Below, in pieces: positions 17,836 to 27,549 of a stretch of DNA of 64,000 nt. The notes under the pieces are model-generated. The model saw only the letters and a list, made by a program, of their open reading frames with translations. It did no database searches and was not told the origin of the DNA. Position 1 is the stretch's first letter; the number at the start of each line of letters is the position of its first letter. The position numbers and the translations under genes are program-made. The stretch is from an uncultured Chloroflexia bacterium (GTDB lineage: Bacteria > Chloroflexota > Limnocylindria > QHBO01), in the NCBI GenBank assembly GCA_963783495.1, contig CAWANT010000004.1, forward strand, positions 350,198 through 414,197, read 5' to 3'.

Positions 17836-18508
17836 ATGTGGATGGATCCCGCGCAGGGGCGGTGGGTCTGCCCCCGCTGCTTCGAATCGAACGAGGCCGA
17901 TGCGGATCGCTGCTCCGGCTGCGGCCTCGAGCGCGGCGTCGACCCCGCGGCGGCCGCGACCGACGCCGGGTGCTCAGCCAGTGGCACCCGGGGCCGAGGG
18001 AGCGCAGCCTGCCGGCCCGATGACCGCGGCAACCCCTCCGGACTCGGGCCGCCCGGGATGGCTGCAGCTCGTCCTTCGCTTCTGGTGGGTCGGCCTGCTG
18101 GTCATCGGCGGTGGCATCGCAGCAGTGAACTACCTGGGCGGCTCGCGACCCGTGACGGAGATGAGCGTGGGCGAGTGCTTCGACTTGGCGGACCCCGATT
18201 CGGAGTTCATCGACGACGTCACTCAGCGCGAGTGCACGGAGCCGCACCAGTTCGAGATGTTCTTCGTCGGGGACCTGCCCGATGGTCAGTACCCGTCCGA
18301 CAGCGACGTGAACCTCTGGCTCGAAGCGAACTGCATCCCGGCCTTTGCCGAATACGTAGGCGTCGACTACCAGAGCTCGGTGATCGAGGCGCTCCCGATC
18401 ACGCCAACTGAGGACGGCTGGAACGATGGCGACCACAGCGTGCAGTGCGCAATGCACGATCCGACCAACCCGGAGCTGACCGAGTCGCTGAGGAACGCCG
18501 CCCGCTAG
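17836..18508 (+). CDS. septum-formation-family (PF13845-like) membrane protein with an N-terminal zinc-ribbon, one frame break near 17950
   Basis: MWMDPAQGRWVCPRCFESNEADADRCSGCG lies in the frame of ORF 17671..18411. A TM segment and ..VGECFDL..VTQRECTEPHQFEMFFV..HSVQCAM lie in ORF 17900..18508. Confidence 0.6.
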
Positions 18509-18512
18509 CTCG

Positions 18513-19367
18513 TCACCAGCGGTCGACCGCGTCCACCAGGGCGTCCACGTCGGAGGAGGAGCGGGCCAGGACGATGACGCCATCGGCGCCGGCCTCGTGC
18601 CAGCGCGCCCACTCATCGCGCGGCGCCTGGATCCACGGGCTGCCGGTGATCGGCTCGTCGCTCAGCCAGTCGCCCTGGAAGCCGACCATCAGGCGCTGGT
18701 CGCCGCGCGCGCGACCGCTCTGCTCCAGCGCCTCCAGGTAGGCGGGCAGGTTCGTCTCGAAGTTGTCGTCCATGGCCGTCCATCCATCGCCGAAGCGCCC
18801 GGCCAGCCGGGCACCAGCCCGCGTCTCGCCGCCGATGATGATGGGTGGCGGGGGATCGGGAACCGGACGGGCGTAGGCATCGGTCAGCGGGTAGAACGGG
18901 GATTCCCGGGTGACCGGCCCGCCCCTCCACAGGGCACGGATGACGGCCACCGCCTCTTCCAGGCGTTTCACGCGCTCGGGCGCCTCGGGGTAGTCCATGC
19001 CGTAGGCCCGATGCTCGTTCGGTCCGCCGCCGATGCCGATGCCAAGGACGTGACGGCCGCCGCTGCCGATCTGGAGCGTCGCCGCCATGCGGGCGAGAAG
19101 GGCGGGATGGCGGTTCATGACATTGATGACGAATGAGCCGATGGTGACGCGCTGGGTGGCCCCCGCCGCCATCGACAGGATCGTCCAGCTCTCGACCACC
19201 GGCACGGTGAGGTTGCCGCGTCCGGTGAAGTGGTCCCACGCCCACACGCCCGCGTAGCCCGCGGCATCGAGCCGGCGCGCGCTCTCCAGCCACCACTCGG
19301 GGCGGGCATCGATGGTGCGCAGGCAGATGCCGATTGGCAACCCACCCGCAGCCCCTGTCGTGACCAT
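18513..19367 (-). CDS. LLM-class (luciferase-like) flavin/F420-dependent oxidoreductase
   Basis: Intact 284-aa ORF with ..AGYAGVWAWDHF..LGIGIGGGPNEHRAYG..IIIGGETRAGARLAGRFGDGW.. Confidence 0.85.
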   Translation of the reverse strand: MVTTGAAGGLPIGICLRTIDARPEWWLESARRLDAAGYAGVWAWDHFTGRGNLTVPVVESWTILSMAAGATQRVTIGSFVINVMNRHPALLARMAATLQIGSGGRHVLGIGIGGGPNEHRAYGMDYPEAPERVKRLEEAVAVIRALWRGGPVTRESPFYPLTDAYARPVPDPPPPIIIGGETRAGARLAGRFGDGWTAMDDNFETNLPAYLEALEQSGRARGDQRLMVGFQGDWLSDEPITGSPWIQAPRDEWARWHEAGADGVIVLARSSSDVDALVDAVDRW

Positions 19368-19376
19368 GCCCCGATG

Positions 19377-20431
19377 CTAGGCCAGGCGGTCCGCCAGCCA
19401 GGCGAGGGCCAGCGGATAACGCCATGCGGCGTTGGTGTGGCCGCCCTCGAAGAGCTCGAAGCGGATCCGATCCTCCGACACCCCGGCGGCCAGCACCTCC
19501 CGATGGAAGGCGGTGGTGGCCAGGTCCAGCGAGTACTCGTCGCCGCGGCCCGCATCCAGCCAGATGGCGCGCATGGAGCGCAGCGCCTCACCACGGGTGC
19601 GGGCCATGCGGACCGGGTCGGCCGCCAGCCATCGATCCCAGAGCTCCGGGATGAGCTCGCCGGTCTCGACATCGAAGGGCAGCCGCACTGTCCCGTCGTC
19701 ATCGGCTGACCAGCAGGCGGCCATGCAGCCCAGGTTCAGCAGCGAGCCGTCGCCGGCTCGGGGGCGACCGGGTCGCGCGTAGAAGTCCTCCCAGAACGCA
19801 TCGAGGGACCCCCGGTATCGGTCGCGCAGCGCCTTGACGGCAGGGCCGATCTCCGGGCCGTAGGCCAGCTCGAACAGGCCGTCGCCGGCGTGCGAGGCGA
19901 AGCCACCGAACAGGTCCGGCCGCAGCATGGCGTTGACCATGGCGCCGTAGCCGCCGCTGGAGTGCCCGGCCAGGCCGCGATGCGCGGCGTCCGCCAGGGT
20001 CCGGTACGCCCCGTCCACGAACGGCACCACCTCTTCCCACAGGTAGGTGCCGTAGCGACCCGTGCCGGGCGAGTCGATGAATTGCGAGCCGCCCAGCCGC
20101 GTCCAGGCGTCGACGTACACGACCACCGCCGGCGCCGCGCCCGGCCACGAACGCGGCATCCAGCTCCTCCAGCGTGATTCCGCTGCCATGACCGCCGGTT
20201 GCGCCACATGTCGACCGCGTTGGAGAGCCCCTGCAGGACGTAGATGGCCGGAAAGCGGCGCTCCGGCTCGGCGTCGTAGGCAGGCGGCAGCTGGACCAGC
20301 AGCGGCCGTCGGTGCGGGTCGCCCAACGGGTTGCCGGTGAGCGCCTGGCTGTCGATGACGCGCTCGTCGACCCGCCCCGCCATCGGGTGGGCCCACGGTG
20401 GCCCCAGGGCATCCCAGTCCTCGCCACCCAT
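19377..20431 (-). CDS. putative esterase (esterase D / enterochelin-esterase-like fold), frame breaks near 20170-20200
   Basis: The N-terminal part is in ORF 19736..20431 (..RRFPAIYVLQGLSNAVDMW..). The rest is in ORF 19377..20396 (..LAGHSSGGYGAMVNAM.., a GxSxG nucleophile elbow). Confidence 0.7.
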
Positions 20432-20440
20432 CGGCCTAGG

Positions 20441-21172
20441 ACGCCTCGCTGCCCGCGATCTCGATCCGCGTCAGCCGGCGGATGGCGATCGCCACCGTGA
20501 GGAGCAGCACCAGGCCGCCGACCACCAACGCGGTCTCCAAGGTTCAGGGGCGCGCTGAAGACGGCCAGCGGCGCATCGGTCAAGGCGTCGGCGATGGCCA
20601 GCGTCTGCTGCCGCACGCTGAAGGTCTGGGTGCCGGCGAACAGCCCGGCCAGCACCCCCTCCCAGATCAGGACGTAGCCGAGGCCGAACACCAGCGCGCG
20701 GCCGGTGATCAGGCTCAGCGCCACGAAGATGCTGCAGTAGATGACGGAGCCGATGGCGGCCGCGATCGTGAAGGCCGGCACCAGGCCGGACTGGTCGCCG
20801 CCGGCGATGAGGCCGGCCAGGAAGATCGGCACGCAGGTCAGCAGGATCGAGCAGGCGGAGGCGATCACCAGCTTGGTGATGAGCGTCACCCAGCGCGGGA
20901 TCGGTTTGGCCAGCAGGTAGATGGCGGTGCCCTCGTCCAGCTCGGCACCGAGGGTGGCGGTCCCGAACAGCAGCGCCACCAGCGGCATCAGGGTGGCGAT
21001 GCCGAAGGTCTCCAGCAGGACCGATGTGTAGCGCGGCCAGGTTGGCGTCCTCGGCGCCGAGGCGCAGGGCCAGGGCGACCAGCAGCATCACCGAGCCCAG
21101 CAGCAGGAGCAGGATCGTCCGCCGCCGGCTGAGCAGCTGCCGCATGGTGATGCCGGCGATCACGCCGTTCAT
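20441..21172 (-). CDS. ABC-2 type transporter permease, at least 2 frame breaks
   Basis: ATG at 21172 (MNGVIAGITMRQLLSRRRTILLLLLGSVMLL..). The middle part is in ORF 19699..20988 (..GTAIYLLAKPIPRWVTLITKLV..). The tail ETALVVGGLVLLLTVAIAIRRLTRIEIAGSEAS* ends at 20441. Confidence 0.65.
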
Positions 21173-21182
21173 GCGCCGGCCC

Positions 21183-22142
21183 TCATTGGCGCACCAGGTA
21201 GCTGAAGACCGATTCCAGCGACTCGTCGGTGGGGAGCAGCTCGTGCAGCCGGATGTTCGAGCGCTTGCGCCACGCCGGCCACCGCCCGGCTGAAGGCGCC
21301 GAAGTCGTCGGTGCGGACGGTGATCAGCCCGTCGTCGAGCGCCACGCCGGCCGTGGATGGCTCGTTCATCAGCGCCGCCGCCAGCGCCCGGTCGTCGGAG
21401 GAGCGGACGGTGAAGGTGTGCGGCCGGTCGGTCATCAGGCGGCGGATCTCGCGGAAGTCGCCGGATGCGGCCAGGCGGCCGGCGACGATGACCAGCACCC
21501 GCTCGGCGACCCGCTCCACCTCCTCCAGGATGTGGCTGGAGAACAGGATCACGCGGCCCTGGCCGGCCATCTGGCGCAGCAGGTCCATCATCTGCAGCCG
21601 CTGGCGCGGGTCCATGCCGTTGAACGGCTCGTCCAGCAGCAGCACCGGCGGGTCGTGGACCAGCGCCGAGGCGACCTTGATCCGCTGCCGCATGCCCTTG
21701 GAGTAGGTGCCGATTGCCCGGTCCTGCGCGGCGGCCAGCTCCACGTGGCCGATGGCGCGCCCGGCCGCGGCGGCCGGCCTGCTCGCCGCTCATGCCCTGC
21801 AGCCGCGCATTGGCGACCACGAACTGGCGGCCGGTGAGGAACGGGTAGACAGCCTCGCTCTCCGGGACGAGGCCGATCCGCCGATACAGCTCCGGGTGGC
21901 CGCGGGTCGGGCTGCCGGCCACCGTCACGCTGCCGGACGAGGGCGCCAGGAAGCCCGCGATCATGTGCAGGATCGTCGACTTGCCTGCGCCGTTCGGTCC
22001 CAGCAGGCCGGTGATGCCGCCGTCCAGCCGGAAGGTGACGTCGTTGACGGCCACCACGTTGCCGTACCAGCGCGACGCGTTGGCGACCTCGACCGGCGGG
22101 GCGGCCTCCGACGGCGCCTGGACGCGATGCCGCGGCCGTCAT
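21183..22142 (-). CDS. ABC transporter ATP-binding protein, several frame breaks
   Basis: The ATG at 22142 overlaps the upstream stop (ATGA). Motifs: Walker A GPNGAGKST, signature YSKGMRQR, Walker B VLLLDEP, and the tail ..ESVFSYLVRQ*. Fragments are ORFs 20471..22057, 21169..21744 and 21588..22871. Confidence 0.8.
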
Positions 22143-23053
22143 GCGGCCACCCGGCGGTAGCGCCACATGACCACGCCGGCGGTGACCAGCGAGAGCAGCA
22201 CCCACTCGATGGCGAACCAGTACAGCGGGAAGCCGGTGGCGCTGACCGGCGAGTCCGGCGCCGGCCCGCCGACCAGCAGGTCGCGGGTGCCGTCGATCGG
22301 CACGAACGGGTTGATCAGCTGCGCCAGGTCGCCGATCGGGCCCGTTCGTCACGGCCTCGCCCAGGATGGCGCTGACCGCCGCGGTCACGATGAAGACGGC
22401 GATGATCGCGCCGGTGGCATAGGCGCGCCGCGGGGTGTAGGCGGCGATCGCCAGCGACAGGCCGGCCAGCGGGATGGCGTAGAGGAGCGGCGCCAGGAAC
22501 ACCTGCGGCAGGTTCTCGATCTCGTTGCCGAACGCCTCGGCCACGTCCTGCGGCCAGCAGCACGCGACCCGAGGAAGAGGACCAGCATCGGCGCCAGCGC
22601 CATGCCGAACACGGCGGCCGCCAGCGCGGCCAGCTTGGCCAGGGCGTAGTCGGTCCGCTCCAGGGCGTGGCTGAAGTAGAGCGACAGCACGCGGTGCCGC
22701 TGGTCGGAGCTGACAAGCTCCGGCGCCTGGGCGGCGACGAAGATGGCGAGCAGGATCTGCGTGTCCCACAGGTAGTTGTCGTAGGTGTACGGGACGGGCG
22801 CCCCGGGCGCCAGCGCCGCGATCGCCACGGACACGCCGGCCGGCGCCAGCATCAGCGCGGCCAGGCCCCACGGCACGATCTTGGCGCGGCCGCTGCGCTT
22901 CAGCGCATAGGCGGCGCGCAGGCTGGCCCAGAACAGGGTCGCCACCGCGTAGCGGCGTCCCAGCCGCGGGCCGTCGTAGCCGCGATAGCCCAGGTCGTAG
23001 ATCGCGCCGGTGGCGCTCTCGCGGCTGCGCAGCGCCGGCTCCTGGCTGGTCAT
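22139..23053 (-). CDS. ABC-2 type transporter permease (longer paralogue), several frame breaks
   Basis: The ATG at 23053 overlaps the upstream stop. The protein reads MTSQEPALRSRESATGAIYDLGYRGYDGPRLGRRYAVATLFW.. (ORF 22385..24070) and continues in ORFs 21588..22871 and 22315..22716. The tail is ..VVMWRYRRVAA*. Confidence 0.65.
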
Positions 23054-24009
23054 GAGGCGGCCTCCGCGGCCGGCGCGGCGGACTCGGCCTCGAGGTTCGG
23101 CACCTCCGCTGCCGTCGCCGCGGAACAGGTCCTCCAGCCGGTGCCGGCGATGCTCGAGACGGACCAGGCCGAGGCCCAGCTCGTCGATCGTGTCGCGCAC
23201 GAGGTCGTACGGCCGCTCGTCCGGCGCATCGACCAGCACGGTGCGTCCCTCGACGCGCGCGTCGAGACCGGCCGCGGCCAGGCGGGCGGCCAGGGCATCG
23301 GCTCCGTCCTCGACCTCGACCCCCAGCGTGCCGGTCCGCTCGGTGAAGGAGGCGATCGGCGCCGCGCGCAGCAGCCGCCCGTCGTCGATGGCCAGCAGGA
23401 AGGAGCAGACGCGCTCGATCTCGCCCAGCAGGTGCGACGCGACCACCGTTGCGATCCCGAACTCGGTGCCGGTGCGCTTGACCAGGTCAAGCATCTCGTC
23501 GCGGCCCGCCGGATCCAGGCCGTTGGTCGGCTCGTCGAGCAGCAGCAGCTTCGGGTCGTGGACCAGCGCCTGGGCCAGCTTGACCCGCTGCTTCATGCCG
23601 GTCGAATAGCCGCCGATCGGCCGATAGCGCTCCTCGTACAGGCCAACGTGGCGCAGCACTTCGGCCGTGCGCTCGCGCGAGGCCGATGCCGGCAGGCCGG
23701 ACATGCGGCCCATGTGGGTCACGAAGTCGGTGGCCGACAGGTCCGGCGGCAGGCAGTCGTGCTCCGGCAGGTAGCCCACGAACTGGCGGATCTCCGGTCC
23801 CTGCCGGGTCACGTCCAGGCCCATCACCGAGGCCGAGCCGCTGGTCGGCTCCAGCAGGCCCAGCAGGATCTTGAGGAAGGTGCTCTTGCCCGCGCCGTTG
23901 GCGCCGACCAGGCCGATGATCCCCGGTTCGACGTCGAGCGTCAGGGAATCGAGCGCGGTAACGTGCGCGCCGTAGCGCTTGGTGAGCGCCGGGCCTCGAT
24001 CAGGGGCAT
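23050..24009 (-). CDS. ABC transporter ATP-binding protein, at least 2 frame breaks
   Basis: MPLIEAR (ATG 24009, ORF 23941..24153) is followed by LTKRYGAHVTALDSLTLDV. Motifs: Walker A GANGAGKST, signature YSTGMKQR, Walker B LLLLDEP. The tail ..AESAAPAAEAAS* ends at 23050 (ORF 23050..23490). Confidence 0.8.
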
Positions 24010-24147
24010 TGCTCCCGAGTCTAGCGGGCGAGGCGATGCGTGAGATTCGGCGCCCGCATGTGTTTCGCATGAACGGGACGCCTCCGCGCGGGGTAGTACC
24101 GGAAGATGTAGAACAACAGTCGAATCACACGAGGAGCGAACGCTTTC

Positions 24148-27100
24148 GTGCACTCGCCGCTTGGAATGTGGCGGGTGAGCCTGGAGCGGATGCGCGTCGA
24201 CTGGCCGATCGTCGGTGCCGCGTGGCTCATCACGTTGCTGGCAGCGACCCTACTGGCCGCGGGGCCCGATCTACTCCAGCGCCGTGTCGCTGGCAGGGCT
24301 TCATCGGGTGCTGGCCGATGCCCCGGTGCCCGACGCCAATATCGAGGTCACCCTGCGCGCCGAGGTCGCGGATGCGCAGGCGATCGACACCACGGTCAGC
24401 CGCGCCCTGCGCGACGCGATGGGTGACCTGCCGACCGAGGTCCGCTGGAGCGGGCAGTCGAACACGTTCGCGCTTGCCCGGCCAGGACCCGGACGACGTG
24501 CGCGACCTGGCCGTGCTGGGCTTCGCGGACGGGATCGAGGAGCACGCCAGCCTGGTCGACGGTGGCATGGCCGGCGGAGGCGGCCGGCGCTGAGCCGATT
24601 GACGTGGCCGTCTCCGAGGAGGCCGGCACCGAGATGCGCGCCGCGGTGGGCGACGAGCTCGAGCTCACCAGCCGGCTCGACGCCAGCATGGTGGTCGGCG
24701 TCCGGATCTCTGGCGTCTACCACGTCGACCGACCCCACCGATCCGTTCTGGTGGGAGGACCAGCAGCTGCTGGCCGGGGTCAGCATCAGCGACCGCTACC
24801 GGACGATCGGTCCGCTGCTCAGCGACGCGCACCAACGCCCTCGAGCACGCCGGCGCCGGCACGCGTGGCCTTCACCTGGCACGCCTTCCCGGACTTCACG
24901 GCGCTGGGCGTGGACGAGACATCCGCCCTGCGCGCTCGGCTGCGCGACCTGTCGCCACGGCTGCAGGCGGCGCTCCCCGAGGCTCACGCCGCGGGTCGCC
25001 ACCCAGCTGGGACCGATCCTGGCGCGTTCCGAGCGCTCGCTGCTGGTCAGCCGCACCGGCGTGCTGCTGCTCATCATCCAGCTGGCGGTGCTGGCCGCTT
25101 ACGCCATCGTGCTGACCGCGAACCTGCTGGTCGAGCACCGCCGCGTGCACACCGCCCTGCTGCGCTCGCGCGGCGCCGGCACCGCCCAGATCGCCGGGCT
25201 GGCGCTGACCGAGGGGCTGGTGCTGGCCGTGCCCGCCGCCCTGCTGGGGCCGTGGCTGGCGGTGGGAGCGCTGAGCCTGCTGAACGTCGCCGGGCCGCTG
25301 TCGCGCATCCAGCTGGGCATCGTGCCCATGGTCAGCACCGACGCCTACCTGGCCGCCGGCGCCGCCGCGCTCGGCTGCGTGGCGCTGCTGGTGCTGCCGG
25401 CGCTGACCTCGGCGCGCTCCTTCATGGACGAGCAGGCCGGCGTCTCGCGGCAGGAGACGCGGACGCTCGGCCAGCGCGATCGGGATCGACCTGGCCCTGC
25501 TGGCGGTGACCGTCATCGCCCTCTGGCAGCTGCGCCTCTACGGCTCGCCGCTCACCACCTCGGTGCGCGGCACGCTGGGCCTGGACCCGCTGCTGGTGGC
25601 GGCGCCGGCGATCGGCCTGCTGGCCGGCGGCGTGCTGGCGTTGCGGCTGATGCCGCTGATGGCGGAGCTGATCGAGCGGGCGGTGGCGCGCGGCCGCCAC
25701 CTGATCGGCTCGCTGGGCGCCCGGCAGCTGGCGCGACGGCCGCTGCGCTATACGCGCGCCGCGCTGCTGCTGATGCTGGCCATCTCGATGGGCATCTTCG
25801 CGGTGAGCTACGGCTCCACCTGGGCCGACTCGCAGCAGGACCAGGCCGCCTACCAGGTCGGCACCGACGTGCGCGCGATCCCCGGCCGCGGGCCGTCGGC
25901 GATCCCGCCGTGGGCGCAGGCGGCGACCTTCGGTTCGCTCGACGGCGTGACCGGCGCCACGCCGTTGCGGCGCGAGCGGCTGGTGGTGACCCGCGCCGCC
26001 GGAGCCGGCGAGCTGATCGGGCTGGTGCCGGAGGCATCGGACGCCATCCAGTTCCGCGACGACCAGGCATCGGCGCCGCTCGCGGACGTGCTCGCGCCGC
26101 TGGCGGCGGAGCGGCCGCCGGTGGAGCTGATCGAGCTGCCCGGGACAGCCGGCCCGCCTGCGGGTCGGCGCCGAGATCGACATCACCTCGCTGGTGCAGC
26201 AGACGGTTCGACCCGGAGACCGGTGAAGGCGAGCCTGTCCCCGGTGCCGCTGTCGGTGCTGGACGGCCGGCCGGTGTACGGCGTCTCGCTGGTGCTGCGT
26301 GACGGGGACGGGCTGCTCCATCGGTTCACGACGGATCCCATTCCGCTCAACCCCGACGGTCCCGAGCAGGTAGAGGTGGAGATTCGCGCCCCCGACACGC
26401 TGGCCGCCGGCGCCCAGGACCTGCCACTGCACATGACCGGGCCGATCACCATCGTCGAGGTCGGGCTGCAGGCCGCGCTGCCGGGCCTGGTCTTCGCCGA
26501 TGAGGGCACCGTCGCCCTGACCTCGCTGGAGTGGAGCGACGCGCCGGAGGGCGATGCCTGGCAGCCGGTCGACCTCGCTTCTGCGGGCGGCTGGGTGACG
26601 ACCGTCAGCCCGGCCGGCCAGGCGTTCCCCACCACCGTCCCGCACGAGGGCCTCGCGGTCGAGCTGACCGGCAGCAACCCGCTGCTGGGATCGGGCTTCA
26701 CCATCGGCAGCCCCAACGAGATCGGCTACCTGGCCAGCGCGGTCGACCGCTTCGGCGAGGCGGAGCTGCCGGCGGTGGTGAACCGGGCCCTGCTGGAGGG
26801 CACCTCCCTGTCGGTGGGCGAGGTCCTGGGGGTTCGCCTCTTCGGCCAGCAACCGGATCGTCCGCATCACCGGCGCCGTGGACTCGTTCCCGACCACGGA
26901 TGCCGACGAGCCGCTGGTCATCGCCGACCTGCCGACGCTCGAGCTGATGCGCTTCGCGGTGGGCCGGCAGATCAACTTCCCGGACGAGTGGTGGATCCAG
27001 ACCGCCGACGGCCAGGCGGATGCGGTGGCGGCCACGCTGCGCGCCGCGCCGCTGACTGCGGTCTCGGCCGAGACCGTCGATGAGCGCACGCGCATCCTGA

Positions 27101-27546
27101 GCGCCGATCCGGTGGCGCTGGGCATCATCGGCGCACTGAGCGTGGGCTTCGTGGTCGCCGCGCTGTTCGCGGTGATCGGGCTGGCGATCAGCGCCGCCGT
27201 CTCCGCCCGCCAACGACGCACCGAGTTCGCGCTGCTGCGGGCGCTTGGCCTGTCGGGTCGGGAGCTGTCCGGCTGGCTCTGGCTGGAGAACACGGCGGTG
27301 GTGACCGTCAGCCTGGCGGCGGGCACGGTGATCGGCCTGGTCATCGGCTGGGTGGTGCTGCCGTTCGTCACCGTCACCCAGGCCGGTGACAACCCCTTCC
27401 CGCCGGTGCTGCTGGAAGTGCCGTGGGGCGCCATCGCGCTGCTGGAGCTGCTCGCCATCGGCGCGCTGGGGATCACGGTGGTCGTGCTCAGCCGGGTGCT
27501 GCGCCGCTTCGGCATCGGCTCCGCCCTGCGCATGGGGGAGGACTGA
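24148..27546 (+). CDS. giant FtsX/MacB-type ABC permease (~1,130 codons, two FtsX 4-TM modules with large extracytoplasmic regions), about 8 or more frame breaks
   Basis: Assembled from ORFs 24148..24426, 24215..26302, 24562..25509, 25506..27083 and 26878..27546. FtsX-type segments include ..HRRVHTALLRSRGAGTAQIAGLALTEGLVLAV.. and ..RRTEFALLRALGLSGRELSGWLWLENTAVV.. The tail is GSALRMGED*. Confidence 0.7.
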
Positions 27547-27549
27547 GCC

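Noticed and set aside
18513-24009. The ABC, esterase and LLM-oxidoreductase cluster as a secondary-metabolite biosynthetic gene cluster.
   Set aside because: No core biosynthetic enzyme (PKS, NRPS, terpene synthase, RiPP precursor or modifying enzyme) is present. Transport plus two tailoring-type enzymes is insufficient.
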